Assembly: GCF_018350175.1 (NCBI RefSeq)
Contig: NC_058368.1
Span: forward strand, 238,206,001-238,270,000
Direction: 5' to 3'
Length of the DNA stretch: 64,000 bases
Source of the DNA: Felis catus
Lineage: Eukaryota
Part shown: piece by piece, positions 12,610-26,244 of the stretch
Position numbering within the stretch: the first letter of the stretch is position 1
Layout of the letters: each line of letters starts with the position of its first letter
Translations under genes and position numbers: made by a program
The notes under the pieces: generated by a model
Told to the model about the DNA's origin: nothing
The model's input: the letters and a program-made list of their open reading frames with translations, nothing else
Database searches by the model: none

Positions 12610-12818
12610 TTGTCTTAAATTTTTTTTAAGTTTGCTTACTTTTGAGAGAGAGAGAGAGACAGTGTGAACAGGGGAGGGGCAGAGAGAGAGGGAGACATAG
12701 AATCCGAAGCAGGTTCCAGGCTCTGAGCTGTCGGCACAGAGCCCGACACGGGGCTCGAACTCACGAACCAGGAGATCATGACCTGAGCCGAAGTCGGCCT
12801 GAGCCACCCAGGTGCCCC
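12610..12818 (-). mobile_element. Can-SINE with a small internal deletion in the head
   Basis: SINE body ending ...GAGCCACCCAGGTGCCCC. TSD TAAATCACATT at 12599-12609 and 12819-12829. About 11 nt are missing after GAAGTCGG relative to the other copies in this window. Confidence 0.95.
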
Positions 12819-14583
12819 TAAATCACATTCTTTATTGAAGAGAATATATAAGTGGGGCTCTTCGGCCTCTGAAGGTGCCACGTGGAGCTGCCTTCACATG
12901 GCCACCTGTCCACTGCGGCCACACTACTGGGCGTAACAGGCACGTGGCCCCACCGAGCCCTCACGTGAATCTGCAGGAACACCGTGACCATACTGTAGGA
13001 GAGCACAGCCAACCGTGACGTTCCCCTCAGTCATCTGTGGGGGGACATGAATCTCTGCCTTCCAGACTCGGGGCCCTGCCGTGTGACCCGCCTCAGCCGA
13101 CGGGATTCGGGCAGGTGCCCCGTGAGCCACGTGAGACTGGAGGTCGGAGGGCCGCGAAGAGCTCCCACCCGGCCTCCGGTTTCCACGGCCGCCATGAGGA
13201 AGCCACGTCCCAGTGGGGCTGCTCACTCCTCGTGGCCTCGTGGCCAGGGTGAAGAGAGGCGCAGAGAGGCGCCAGCCCACGGCCGAGGCGGAAGCTCCCT
13301 GAGATTCAGGGGTGTTTGTTACACGGCAGAGCTGACCGCCCCGCAGAGTCAGGCCCCAGGCCCAGGCCGTTGTCACCCTGGTCGACACGGCCTTGGGCAG
13401 CTCTTCACGGCGTGTGCGTTCCCACGACCCCCGCCCGGTGTCATCCTGTCCACGGTGTAGGGGTGGAAAGAGGCTCCCCAGCTGCTCTTTGCTGGGCTCC
13501 CAGGCACTTTGGCTAAGCCCCATCCCGGACCCCCCCACCTCCTCCAGAGGCCCCATGGTCCCCACAAACTGCCCATCACTCTCCTTCTCCTGTCTCTGCC
13601 CAGTGGGTGCTGGGGGATGCAGGTTGAAGGTCAGCTCTAAGAGAGTGAACATCCCGCCCCCGCTGGCCACATCGAAGCTGGAGCACAGGCCCAGGGTGGA
13701 CGACTAGATGCACCCCCCGTCCCGACACCACCCCGATTCTCGGCCCGGGACCACCCTGATTCTCAGCCTGGGCCCTACACGCCCACCAGCCCTCCAGCCG
13801 CGAGGTGGCTTCCTCTGTGACCCTCGCGTGCCTGCCCGCACCGGCCCCCGGGTGGCTCTGGGCCGGGTCCCCTCTGCTGCGGGGCTCTGGCTCCTTGAGG
13901 ACAGGGGCCAGATTTTGTTTGAGCCCAGGTCTGGCGGGTTTTGCACAGAGGGCTTTGGGGATGTTGGGAGCAGTGAGACGACGCCGTCTGGAGCTACATC
14001 TCACTTTCTGGCCGGGCATAAATTCAGCTTAAAGCGGCCGTGGGTTCGAGGACAAACGGCCCCACGAGACCCATGGCCACGTGGGCGCCAAAGCCCCCCA
14101 TGAGGACTGGCCACCTGGCTCCCACCAAGAACACAACAGAAAAGTCACCCCCACGGTCGGTGCACCCATTTTCGCAGTGCGCCAAGGCTAGGGTCCTCGT
14201 GAATCCCAACTTACCTGTGAGGTGACAGGGGTGGATGATTCTGGAAGGAGCCTCCCGCCGGCCAGGGGAGGAAGGGAGGAGGTGGGAGACAGGTGATAGG
14301 CCAGCCCCAGGCTCACCTGCGCTGGTTCCTAACTGCACAGCTCGTTCCCCCGGCCCCACGGTGACCCAGGTGCAGGGACCCCACGAGGCCTCGGCTAGAC
14401 GCCGCGGAAGAGGCCACCCTGAACCGCCAGGCGAAGGAGATGTGGGGCCCGCCGTGGGCACACGCCGCAGAGGAAACTTGGAGTCCCGTGGGCAGGCCTC
14501 GGATGGAACCGTGTCTCCTGTGAGAAGGCCGCGCGGCGGGGGACGGAAACAGCCGACGTGGAGGACTCACCAGCGCGCACCTG

Positions 14584-15000
14584 CTAAGTGACGAACCCGG
14601 TCTGAAGGCTGCGCACAGCACGCGTCAAGGACACGGTGGAGGCGGCAGGAAGTTGAATGGTCTCCAGGGGTGGCAGTGGGGAGGGCGGGACGAACAGGGA
14701 GAGCACGGAGGAGGTTTGGGGCAGTGAGACGCTCCCGGGTGACACCGGAATGGGGGGCGCCCGCCAGGGTACGTCTGTCCAGACTCGCAAAGGTGCAGCG
14801 CCAAGAGCCACCCGTGTAGACGGGAGGGACCGGATCACGGTGTCTCACATGGCTCACCTGGGGCACAGGTGCGCCCAGCCAGCGTGGCACGTCAGCGGGA
14901 GGGGAGACGGGGAGGGGCAGGACGTGGAGCGACGTACTTCCCTTCGGGTTCCTGTGAACCTAAAACTGCTGTGAAAAAAAGAGTCTGTGAATTAATAAAA
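14584..15000 (+). mobile_element. Old LINE-1 3'UTR (L1MC1-like), heavily GC-shifted
   Basis: Landmarks in the expected order: CTAAGTGA...TCTGAAGGCT...GAGCACGGAGGA...GGGCAGTGAGAC...TGTCCAGAC...CCAAGAG...CTGTGAACCTAAAACTGCT, then an A-rich end. Confidence 0.75.
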
Positions 15001-18000
15001 ACAATAAGAAATCAAGAGTGTGGTAAGGGAGTCCCCTGATGAAACCCATCATTTCATTCTTCCTGCAATGAAGCTACCTTAAAATTATTTTTCATTGTAT
15101 TTCAGAGTTTTTGTTGTTTCGCTAACGTTACTAAGAAGTAAGTATGTGTGTTGCATGAAAAGCTAAGAAACACGGGACTCGGGCAGTGAGAGTCCTGGAC
15201 GCCCGGCCGAGGCGAGGCCTCCTGGCGCTTTGAGGCAGCTTCCTGCCGCGCCTTCCCGGCCGGTCCCAGGCGTCGCCTGCTCGCCCCGCGCTCCAGGGCG
15301 CACGTCAGGGCCGAGGGCAGGCTGTGGGGGGTTGAGTTCTGAGGCCGGTGGGGCCCCAAGAGGTCCCCAGAGGCACGTGAGCCAGGTGCGAAGGAGGCGG
15401 AGGCCAGCAGGCCCAGACAGGCCGGCCGCCCGCCTCACATTCCTGCCCCTCGTTGACAGGCATGCGGGGAAAACGTTAGGCTTTTCCAAGATCCAGCCGG
15501 TCCGGCTGATGAATGAATATTCCAGGCCAGCTCGGCCCGGCTCTCCGGCTCTCGGAGGGAGGGACGGCCTCCGGGAGGGGCGAGGTGGCGCCTGTCATCC
15601 CCCGGGTCACCGGAGCCTCTGGAATGTGCCAGCTGGCTGCTGAGTGCCGCCCCCCACTTGTGGGTCCTCCCAGTGCGCGCCTGCGGGGTCAGGCGCCCGC
15701 TCCGGCCGGCTGACGTGTGTCATCTGGCAGCCGCTGGCTCGCATCCTGCTGCAGGGCCCACGGCAGCGGGGAGCGCCTGCAAATACCACAGCGACAGAGG
15801 GTCAGACGTGACAGGCGGAGGTGAGGAGAGGTCGCCTCGCCGACACTTCCCCGGCCTTCCAGCTGTCACTGCCGGCACACCGCGGGCCGAGGGGGCGCGA
15901 GAAGCGAAACGCAGGTCCAGACGGACGGAGCTTCCAGAGGACGGCACGTCATACTTTCCCTGCAGCTCCGGAAAGTTCCGGGAGAGCGGAGGTGTTGAGA
16001 CCCCAGGCCTACTGAAAGTATGCGTGCTGTGCGTGCACGTGTGTGCTCACGTGTGCGTGGCCGCACGGTAGGAGGTAGTGCCCTAAAGAACCACGTGGTG
16101 AGTCTGTAGGTACGTGATTATCTTGAGATGTGGATGACCCCACTCGCGACATTCGCCTCACAAACACGAGGCGTGACGCCCGGGTTACAGTGCGGCCGAC
16201 GAGGCCCCTTTCTAGAGAAAGGCCAGACACACGCAAGTGATGGGTGTGCTTCGCGTGTGTCAGCAGCCCCCCTGCAGGGCAGACTTTCCTCCCGGGGAGG
16301 AGGCTGAGGGGCCACATCCGGGGCCACGTCCAGGTCTGATGGCCTGTCTCTGTCCCTTGGGACACGCGTCTGTCCCCAGCCCTGCGCACAGAGAGGACCT
16401 GCAGTGGCCCACACGGAGAAGACACAGCTCCGCCCGTGCGAACAGGAGGAGCTGCGTTCTGCTCACGTGGCCCCTGTGGCTGCTTCGTCTATTTCACGGC
16501 ACTACCACGTGGGGGGGGGGGAGGGAAGAGAGGAAGGACGGAAGGGCCTTGGCAGCTGAATCCCGGGCCCCCCTCCACTGTGACGACTCTGGCCCGGGCG
16601 TGGCCGAGCCCCGCTGTGCTCCCGGCGCTGACGACAGCGTCTTCCGTCCCTGAGTCCCTCGTTGCCAGGGCCCCCGCGAGGCCGGGCCGTCCCGGGAAAC
16701 TCGACTTGGGAAGCGAGGCTCGGCAGCCACGGTGTCAGACAGCGCAGGTGGATGGTGCTGGCAGCCGGCCTCACGGAGCTCGTGGCCACCGTGGGCCCCG
16801 CGCTCACGCCGAGTCTCCCGCCTCGCGGGGCCGCAGGGCACGGCGCTGACTCAGAAACAAAACAAAAGAGCGAAGAAAGCCAGGGAGCCTGCTGTGCCCA
16901 CCCCGCAGCCCCACCGCGCAGCTCCACGACATCCGTAAGGGGGGACCTCAGGCGGCCCCAGGCTGCTGGGTCCACGCCCAGATCCCCCAGGCACGGATGG
17001 GGGCAGGCTTGCCGGTGAGGGGGCCAGAGGCAGAATATTCCAGCACATCCACTGTGTCCATGCTTCAAGTCCTCTCTGGCCGCTATCCGAGGCCACAAAC
17101 GCCAACCTCTGAACGGACTCAAGAATCAAGCGTGCGGTCGGCCGGGGACACACAGGTATGTGCACACAGCCGTGTGCTCACGCTCACACACTCTCAGTGC
17201 ACACGTGTACACAAACTCACACAGGGTACACGCTTACAGGAACGCACTCACATGCGTGTGCACCGTGGAACGTGCAGACACCCGCCTGCTCGCAGGCTCG
17301 AACACACACGGTGCACACACACCCCATACTTCAGCTGCACCATAAAAGGGCCGATGACTCAAGCAGGACCGTCCTGGGAGGGACAGTCGGGGACTGGCAA
17401 CACCTGTCAGGACAGCCGCACCGGTGCCCACCCGCCCGCCCCCTGAGAAAACCACTGGTGGGAAATAACTGTATTTGCACACATTTTTCCTAAGCAAATG
17501 AGAGCTCAGTCCGCCTTTCACAAGCGGCCCCTCTCGCTGTTGAACACCATCTTCCGGAACTGCCTAGAAGCCTGCCCTCGGATGCCACACCGGGGAACAC
17601 AAGGAGGGACAGCCAGACTCCCGCCAACAGTGATTCCCAGTGTCGTCCTTAGAGACGAGGCAGTGCTGGCATGGGTGCGGGTGTGTGTGGGGGGGTGGGG
17701 GGGTGTGGACGTGAGTGTGTGCACGCACACACGCTCGTACTGTGGGGACCGAGCCCCAGGCCTCTGGCCCTGTGCTGCTTGGGACTTCCCAGAACAGCCG
17801 CCTGCTTCTCACGGCCAGCGAGGGAGAGGGTGTGCTCGCCAGAAATGTCCCAATCTTGTGGAACGTGACCACAGAGGCGCGCCGTAACCATGCGACGCAA
17901 TCACGTGTATGCCATCCCAGCCCCACCCACAAAGAGGTGTGAATGTGGGGGAGGGTCACCGGGACCCCCTCGGTCTCTGCCACAAGCCCTGGGTGGGAGT

Positions 18001-21000
18001 GACAACCAGCGCTGGAGAAGTAAGTCAGCAAGTTCCCCAATCTCACAAAAAACACGCTGTGTCCCTTCAAAACCGAAGGAAGCCCAGACGGGTGCAATCA
18101 CAGTGTGGCCCCCGGAAGACGGTCTAACAGCCGCCCTGCCCGTCCAGCAGGCGGGCACCGTGTCGACGCTGTCTGCGTGTTTCCCTGGAGCACAGTCCGC
18201 TGCCGCTCTCCCGCACGCGCTCCAGCCCAAACGGTTGGCCTCTCCCGGCCCAGCACCCGGGGACCTCAGCTCAGGCCCTCGCTGTGACAAAACCCCGGGA
18301 GATCCCCAACTGCAAGGTGAGAGGCACTATGTTTCATTGTACAGAACTGAACAGATACAGGTTGAATCGGTCAAAAATTTTATTCCAAAAGCAACAGCGG
18401 TGACGAGAACGCACCTGACCCTGGGGGGGAGGGGTCTGAGGCTCCTTCCGGACCAATCTGGCAGCCTGGATTATCCCCTGAGTCTTTTCTTAAGAACAAC
18501 AGCAACAAAAAATTCTTGTTCCAAATAATGGCATCACCCAATCCACAGAAAGGAAATGGCCTGTGCAGGCAGCGACGCCCGTGGACGGTACGGTGGCTTC
18601 CCGCACTGGGGACAGTCTCCAAGTGTCCCCACACAGGGCGTCCCACTGCTGGGACCCTGGGTCACACACAACACCCCACCTCTGGCCAACTCAAACAGAA
18701 AAGGGCCTTTGCGAGGACACCGGTGAGCCAAAGAGCCAGGTGTGGGTCACCAAGGGCCAGGCTGGCGCTCAACTCGCCCCAGCGGGAGCCTGAAAAGCCC
18801 GGGGGCACTGGAGGGTCTGACTGTCCACCTTCCTGGAGACTTTGTGCATTTCACAGTGTCCGCACAGGAAGCCATTCCCGGGCCCTATGTCTGGGGGGTC
18901 GCCGGGACACCACGCCCGCACCCAACACTGGGCTCATCGCTCGGCCCCTGGCACCAGGGTCCCGGACGTGTCGGAGAAGAGCCCCCAGCGTCACTAATGG
19001 GGACCCTCAGGGCCGTCCCCTGGCAGCACCGCTCGTCTTGCCTGAGCCTAGAAAACCCCGTGCCGCCTGTCAGGGACTCCGGCGCCGAGCAGAGGGCGCC
19101 ACGACCGCAGGGAGGAGCCGCGTGCCCGCCAGCCACATGCGGCCCGGGTTTCCAGCACACTCGGGCCCGCCGCAGCCGTGGCGGGTGGAGGAGTGCAGGT
19201 GGCCCGTCTAGGAGTGCCCGGGGTCCTCGTCGGGGAGTGCACGGGGTCCTTGTGCATGTGACCCAGCACAAGACAGGGACCGTGTGCGTGTGCCCCCAGG
19301 GCTGTGCGGCCAAGCTCATGGCGTCTCTCCAGAGACACGGGGCACTCTCGCCGCCACCCTAAGTGGAGCCCAAGGGACACTTTGGAGAGAAGGCACGGGG
19401 CCACCAGAGCCAGGACAGCTGCCAAAGACCCAACGCTTCCGCCAGCTTCCGGACGGTCTTCCTTGTCTACCGGCAATAAATGTTAACAGTAAGGGCTCTC
19501 AGAGAAAAGGGGCAAAAACGAAGTTCCGTTTTACCAGCACCCGGCACTGAATGGTCACGTGTGGCGTTCAGAGGAGACACGACGTGTCCCTGGCGGGGAC
19601 TGGATGGCGAGCCTGTGCAGCCCCATGTGCCCTCGGACCCCATGTCTGCTGCGTCCGCCCTCGGGCTCGCTTCTCTGGCGTGTTCAGGCCCTGCTCCCAC
19701 GGTCGTAAGGGAGTCTGCAGCTTCCGTGTTCGAATCTCTTCTGTCCCTGTGACCAGGTGTTTACGCAGCGTCTTCGTGTTACCGCAGAGCCCGGCTGGCC
19801 CAGATGTTCTCAGCGCCAATGGCAAACGCATTTCTTGGTTCACTGAAACCTACTCATTGGTTTGAGCGAGTTTACAGAATGCAATTTAAAGATGCATATT
19901 GGTTAAAAAATACATTTCCCCTCTCGGTTGTATATCAGGGTTGTTTTTTTTTTTTTTTTTTTTTATTGTTTGATCAGGTTTTAAGGGAGAGTGGAATTTA
20001 TAATTTAGAAAACTCTTTAAAAGATCGTAACTCGTGAAAAAATATTTTCACTTTGGCCACACATGTATGTATAAGGTCTGAGTAATAAAAACATAGTCAA
20101 GGGACCTTTATAATCACACAAAAAACCAGTTATAATTCTGAAGCGGAACATTTTCACTATTGAGTGGTGTTCAAGAATGAGTCGTGTCACACAAGCGTAG
20201 GTTCTGAATAAACACTGTGTTTTGGAGCTTCAATGCAGTCTCGAATTCCGGGCAGGGGTCTCCTCCCCCTCCCCGTGCAGCCCCCAAAAGCTTTATTAAG
20301 TGAGAACATCAATCTGTAGAGAGTCCCGGTGCTCTGGGGTGGCTTCTGAAAACGCTGCTTAACGCAGGACAGTTTCGTCCTCCCTACCCTTAAATCAACC
20401 ACGGGGAACTAGAAAGCAATGGTTATTGGGGGAAAAATCTGTTTTCCGATCGTCCTCCGCCCATGCAGTGAGCCGTCACGCACGTCTGGAGGACTCCATG
20501 AGGCTGTGTTTGGTGCGAATAAATGGAGGTTATTCTACAGTCTTTCGTATGCAGAAGGCTGCTTATTTACAGACGAATGCAGAACCCACAAAGAGAAATG
20601 CCTACTTGTTTCAACAAATCGGCCGCCTGTGCCCTTCTGATACCCTCATGTTGCCTGGAAAACGCAGGACCGGGGATTTAACGAAAGCCACGGAGAAGCC
20701 TACGGGAAGATTCCTGTCTCCGTCCTCGTTATTCTGGAGGCCACGTCTCAATAAACAGCCGTTCCGTCCTCCCCGCAGGCCCGCCAGACCACCTGTGGGC
20801 CCCTCCCTCCCGTCGCCCCAAGCCCGGCCCCTCCTAGGGGGACTCGGGGGCGCTCATGCGTGCCGGCAGGCGTGTCTGGGCGTCCGGGAGCCACGGTGGC
20901 GTTGATGGCGCTGACAGCGGGCCAGGCCGTCCGGGCTGTCTTCCCGGGTCTGCCTTTGACCGTTCTGGCAGCCGGTGGCCACTCCCCACTGCACGACCCC

Positions 21001-21589
21001 TCTGTGCCCTCTGGGTGACAACACTCCCTTTTCAGCCTCTCCAAGGGTCAGCAAGATAACCCCGTCCCCAAGAGGCCTTATCTCGGTCCTTCCTCCCTGG
21101 CTGTCCCTGAGAAGGGACAGAACATGGCGGGGGGGGGGGGGGGGACCGAAGGACAGCGGAGCCGGCGGGGAGGGGAAGGGCCCCTGGGCCTCGACTGCCC
21201 TCCTCCTGCCCCAACAGAGCCCTGCATCATTCACCCACACCTGGTGCCGGTCTCGAATCTTATAGAACCACCAGCACGAGGCAGGCCTCCCTGGGAATGG
21301 GCCCAGCCTCTGCAGGCAGGACCGTCCCCCAGCGGGGTCAGGGAGTGCTCCGCGGGGATCGTTGCTGCCCCCTCTGCGCCGCAACCCCAGCCCCGTACCC
21401 TGCCTGGCCCGGCACACGGGAAGTGCCATTGTGCGAGGCCCATCCCAGCCGCCCAGCAGGGCCTAGAGCATGTGTCCAGCCTGGTGACCGGGCGGTCACC
21501 TGGTGACAGGCCCAACCCCCTGCTCCTGCGTGTGGCCTATGGCCTCCCCGGGGAGCTCGTGCACTGTGCACGGACTCCCAGCACGGGGA

Positions 21590-21945
21590 GGCAGCTGGGC
21601 ATTTTCCACACACAGAGGTGTGTTGCCTCACAGCCCTGGGGGCAGAGGTCCCGATGCCCCGACATCGAGGTGCCCACAGGGGGTTCCCGCTGCTGCCTCG
21701 GGGGGTGACCCGACCCAGGCCTCTGGCTGCCCTCCATCCCCTCTGGTCCTGGACTGCCGACGCTCACTCCCGCCTCCAAGTCTGCACTTCCCTCATGTGA
21801 GGACACCAGTCATATGGATTTAAGCCACCATGACCTCGTCTTCACTCCGTCACATCTGCAAAGACACCATTCCCAAATAAGGTCACACCCCCCGGTCCCA
21901 GGTGGGCAGGAGTTTGGGGGAGGACACTATTCAACCCAGCACAGG
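21590..21945 (-). mobile_element. MaLR (MLT1-type) LTR
   Basis: GAGGACACCAGTCATATGGATTTA...ATGACCTC...CACATCTGCAAAGAC...CCAAATAAGGTCACA...GGACACTATTCAACCCAGCACA. Confidence 0.8.
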
Positions 21946-22097
21946 TGTGACCAACCTGTCGGCAGCAAGGGCTCAGCCCCTGAGCCCTGGGCTGGACCCC
22001 GGTCCCCTGCACTCTGGCCTCCCACCAAGTGACACGCTCCTATCACACTGTCCCTCCGAGGGGGCTGCTGGGCTCTCCCATGAGGCTGACATCCTGG

Positions 22098-22325
22098 CAC
22101 ATGCTTATGCACACACGCACACGCAGACATCTGCACATGCATGCACACATGTGGACACGTGCACACACAGACACATGCACACGTGCAGGCACGTGCTCAG
22201 GTACACACAGGCACCAGACACACGCACATGCGCACACACAGAGACACACATATGCAGACACACGTACACATGTACGTGCGCACACACATGCACGCGCAGG
22301 CACACGCACACCCACGCACACACGT
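22098..22325. repeat. Degenerate (CA)n-type low-complexity tract
   Basis: About 225 bp of CA/CG/TG/TA dinucleotides. Shorter similar tracts at about 17160-17320 and 54650-54790. Confidence 0.85.
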
Positions 22326-25300
22326 GGGTTGGCCTCCTGACAGAGCGCCCACGCACACGGGGCTTTCTCGTCCGAAACAGCCATTTGCTCCGAGGACCTG
22401 CAGGAAGACAGAGGTATTAAACGCCCGTCGATGGGATTCTGCGGTGGCTCCAGACAATCGCGGCGTGAAGCGGTCGGGGTGGCAGAGAACGTGGAGTGAG
22501 GACAATGGTTCAACAAGGAAATCAAGGAAACGTCTTGTTGCAACATTAGAGAGAGTGAAGAAGATGATGTATTAATTAAATAGGAGACTAAACAGGACAA
22601 ACCTTTGGAACGGGAGACATAACATTTCAGAGCGAAATCAACATGGCGGGGTAAAGGTCGCAGAAGATCAAGTAAGGCGCAAACAGTGGTGCTTTTCCAT
22701 TTTCTGATCGATCAATATTACATTTTTCCCAAGCTGAAATGCAACGGCAGAGTTATTGCTAACCTTTCCCTCACCCTTCCGTTGTGTATAAGTCACAGCA
22801 AAATTACAGATGACTTTATACGCCACGGAGTTTTCCAGACCCAGACCCCCAGGTGAGCTGAAAGCTTCCTCAAGCTCTATTTCGTTTGAAAATGGGAAGA
22901 ATGAGCGTCTGCACTACGAAGACACCGGAGAACACCCAGGCCTTTAAAAACAAGTCACCGTCTGGACAATGGCTCGGTGCCCGCCGGCTCCCCCAGGCGC
23001 GAGAACCCCACGTGGGATCCGGCCTCTGCAAACGGGAGGAGTCCACGCTTCATTTGCCACAATTGATCAGACTGCACCTCTCCCGTCTGAGACGTTATTT
23101 AGGTCACTGCCCAAAAGCCTTCTCACGAACCAGAGAGGACGGGCCCACGTGGGAGGAGAGCCCGAGGGGAGACCCGCAGCCTCACGAGACCCCAGGTGGC
23201 CCACCCGCGCTTTCCCGGGCATGGGGAGCTTTCGTTTGTCCCTCTCGGGCCCGTGCGTTCCCTTCCCCTGCTGCGCTGGGAACAGTGTGCCGGGACCCCG
23301 ACGCCCCCCGATTCCAAGCACGGCAGACGTGGAAAAACGAAACAAATTTGGTTTGAAACGCGTCGAGCAGGACTTAGGCCCCGTGGAAGGTGACCCGTGC
23401 TCCTGACGGGCGGCCCGGACCCTGTCTCAGGAGAGCGTGCACTGGTCCCGTCCGAGGGCCAAGTTTGGAGTCGTAGGTTGGTGCCCTGCAGGAAAATCCT
23501 CCCCCAAAGCATTCCTGGTCAAAATGACACGGTCACGAATCCCGAAGAAGGCTTCTATACACTTCCGATTCACAGTAAAATAAAAATAATATCCCTGATT
23601 TGTAAAAAGATCTGGATCTCCTCCAAATCTTGTGAGGAAAACTGAGCAAACACACAAAGTGTCCGGAAGCGTGCACTCATGAGTGTGCACGAGCGCCCGC
23701 GCCCGCGTGTAAGGAGGTGTGAGCGTGCTCCAGCGCACCGTGCGCTGAGAAAATGCGTCTTAAAAGAATAAAATGCGGAATCTCGGGACCCTTAAGCAAA
23801 CGAGGGCACGCCTCCTGGGAGAGCCGGGGGCCGGGGTTGCGGGGCCGCGGCTCTAGGGCACAGGCAGGGCCCGGCGCAGCCGCTCGGCTGGGCCCGGCCG
23901 TCAGAGCACCGGGGCCGTGATCCCCAGCCAGCGCCAGGCGGCGGCCTCCCGCGCAGCCGAGCCACGTCCGCGCGCGCCGTTTCCTCACAACGAAGGAAAC
24001 GTTAAAGCAAGGCTGGGCTGGAGACGGTGATTCCCCTGCGGTGCAATTCCGCCCGTCTTCCACGAGGCCGCCACCCTGGGCTGGAAGACGGCCCGCAAAG
24101 ATTTCACAGGTGGGATGGAAAAAGAGAAAAATCACACACATGAACATGTCATGAAAACGTCTGTGTCATTTTTTAGACGTGACATTTCACCTTGGATTAT
24201 ACAAACGGTGAGATTTCACCGTACGGTTTTTGTCTAGACTCCCTGGGGCCCCGTCATGAGGGATGGGGAGCCTGCGACCTCACCGTGAAGCCCGGTGCGG
24301 GCGAGACAGCCAGCCTGTCACCCGCACATGGGCCCCAGGCGGCACTGCGTCGCGCCTGTGTCTGGGGAGCGCGGGTGGGCCGCGGGCGGCCTCCTGTCCC
24401 TCCCGTTTCTCGTGCAATCAGCCCCGTGAATCGTCTCTCGAGTTGGGAGAGGCCGGGACGTGTTTAGAGTCCAGTGTGGTTTCTGCCCAGACCTCACCGT
24501 GGGGCCCAACCCCCCAGCCCCCGCGGACCTGGTGGCGTCCCCACCACCCTCCTGATCGGCCTCCACCCCAGCCTGGGGGCCCGGGGGTTGGTGTGATGCC
24601 TGGCCGGGTTTACTTCCCTCTTCTGACAACATGATAGTATCTGAGGAAACAGCTCTCTGGCCCTCATTTTTAATGATATAATGAAATCTCATTTTTAATT
24701 ACCTGAACAAAAAGGTTTCAAGTCCGTCAGATTGCTCTCAGGGCCTGCAGAGGTATTAACGGCTCCAGAACCAATTACCTACATTTCCTTTTTACTTATT
24801 GCAAATGTGACCTTTTGTGAGCGTGTGACGGCGAATCTCCTGCTGTGAGTGCGTATCCGCCCGGCACACGGGCCCCGGTCAGGACACTGCTCATCCGCGC
24901 CCCTCTGATGGCTGGAGGACAAGCCGTGTCTGGACAGGGATCTGGGGCCAGGGGGCCCTTCCCTTGACGATCCCAAACACGACTCTTCTAAGGTGGCATC
25001 CCAGTCACAGCCCAAAGGAAAAGCCAGCCCACCCACCCCCGCCATCCGCCCGGGAAAGGGGAAGTCGTGCTCTCCGTGTGGAGTGGACCGCGGCCACCAG
25101 TGTGGACGTGTGAACGCAGATGTGGGGGTGGGCGGCGAGGGCCGGGGCCGAGAGCCCAGACGGGCCCCACCACCTCCCTCCAAGTGTCCTGTGCCCTTGC
25201 TCAGGCTCGGGGGGCCCGTCTAAGCTGCCGCCCCACCCCCCTCCTCCCTGCTTGGGGAAGGCGGGTGGGAGGGCTCCTCGAGGAGCAGTAGCAGAGCCCA

Positions 25301-26244
25301 GAAACCCAGAGGGGCTGCAGGGCTCAGCGGGAAAGACCCCACTCCACAGCGTCCTTGTGTGGGAGCGTCACCCCACCTGCCAGGGCCAGGTAGGACCCCC
25401 CGGGGCTGGGTGCCAGCCCCAGACACGGTGCAGACGGCCGTGACAGGCCAACCGCGGTGGGGGCTTGAAGCCCACGGGTGCCCACGGCCAGACCGTAGGG
25501 CTGGACCAACTTGCCGGTGGCCACTTGACCGGCCCCGGGTCCCCTGCGACATCACTACGGGGCTGCTTCTGTCCCCGAGAATGCTGCACAAAGGGGGAGG
25601 GGAGGACCACCCATCAGGGATGCAGGCCGAGCTGGACGGAGGCCACGGGGCTCCTGACTCTCAAAAGATAGTCCCCTCATGACTCTTCAAAATAAACCCA
25701 CGAGCGTCTCTGACAACTGTCCCCAGCCTTTCCTCCCACACTGGGGTGAACAGACAGATGAGATCTATTTTGTTCAGGAGAGCACGGCGCAGCGAGGCCA
25801 TGGCCATGGCTTTTCTGGAGTTTTCAGCCGTAACCGGGAGTGGTTTACTGTGTGGTTTCTTGGGAAGTCACTGAAACGCGCGACCAAGAGGTCGGCCGCA
25901 TCTTCCGTCTGCAAACTCTGTCAGAACGTCCGCGCACAGTGGCAAACTCCTGACGCCAGCAAACTCCCGGAATCAACCCCCTCACGGCCCCGGGCTGCCC
26001 CCTGGCCCACGACGGCCATTTGAGCCACAGAACAAGCTCCATTTATTAGCCAAGCTGCCATAACTCACCGCGAGCGCAGAGGGGAGAGGCGCCCCCGATC
26101 GTGGAGGGAAACTCAATTAGCAGAAGCGGCCGCAACATCCATGACGGCAATAAAGCGCCTCCCGCCACTGCCGGGGGAGAGGCCTGGAGTGATTGAGACG
26201 AACAGCCCCTGCCGGCCGCGGCCGCGCACAGGGAACCGAGACTG

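Noticed and set aside
22029..22600. His/Thr- and Cys/Val-rich ORFs
   Set aside because: Translations of the (CA)n-like tract.
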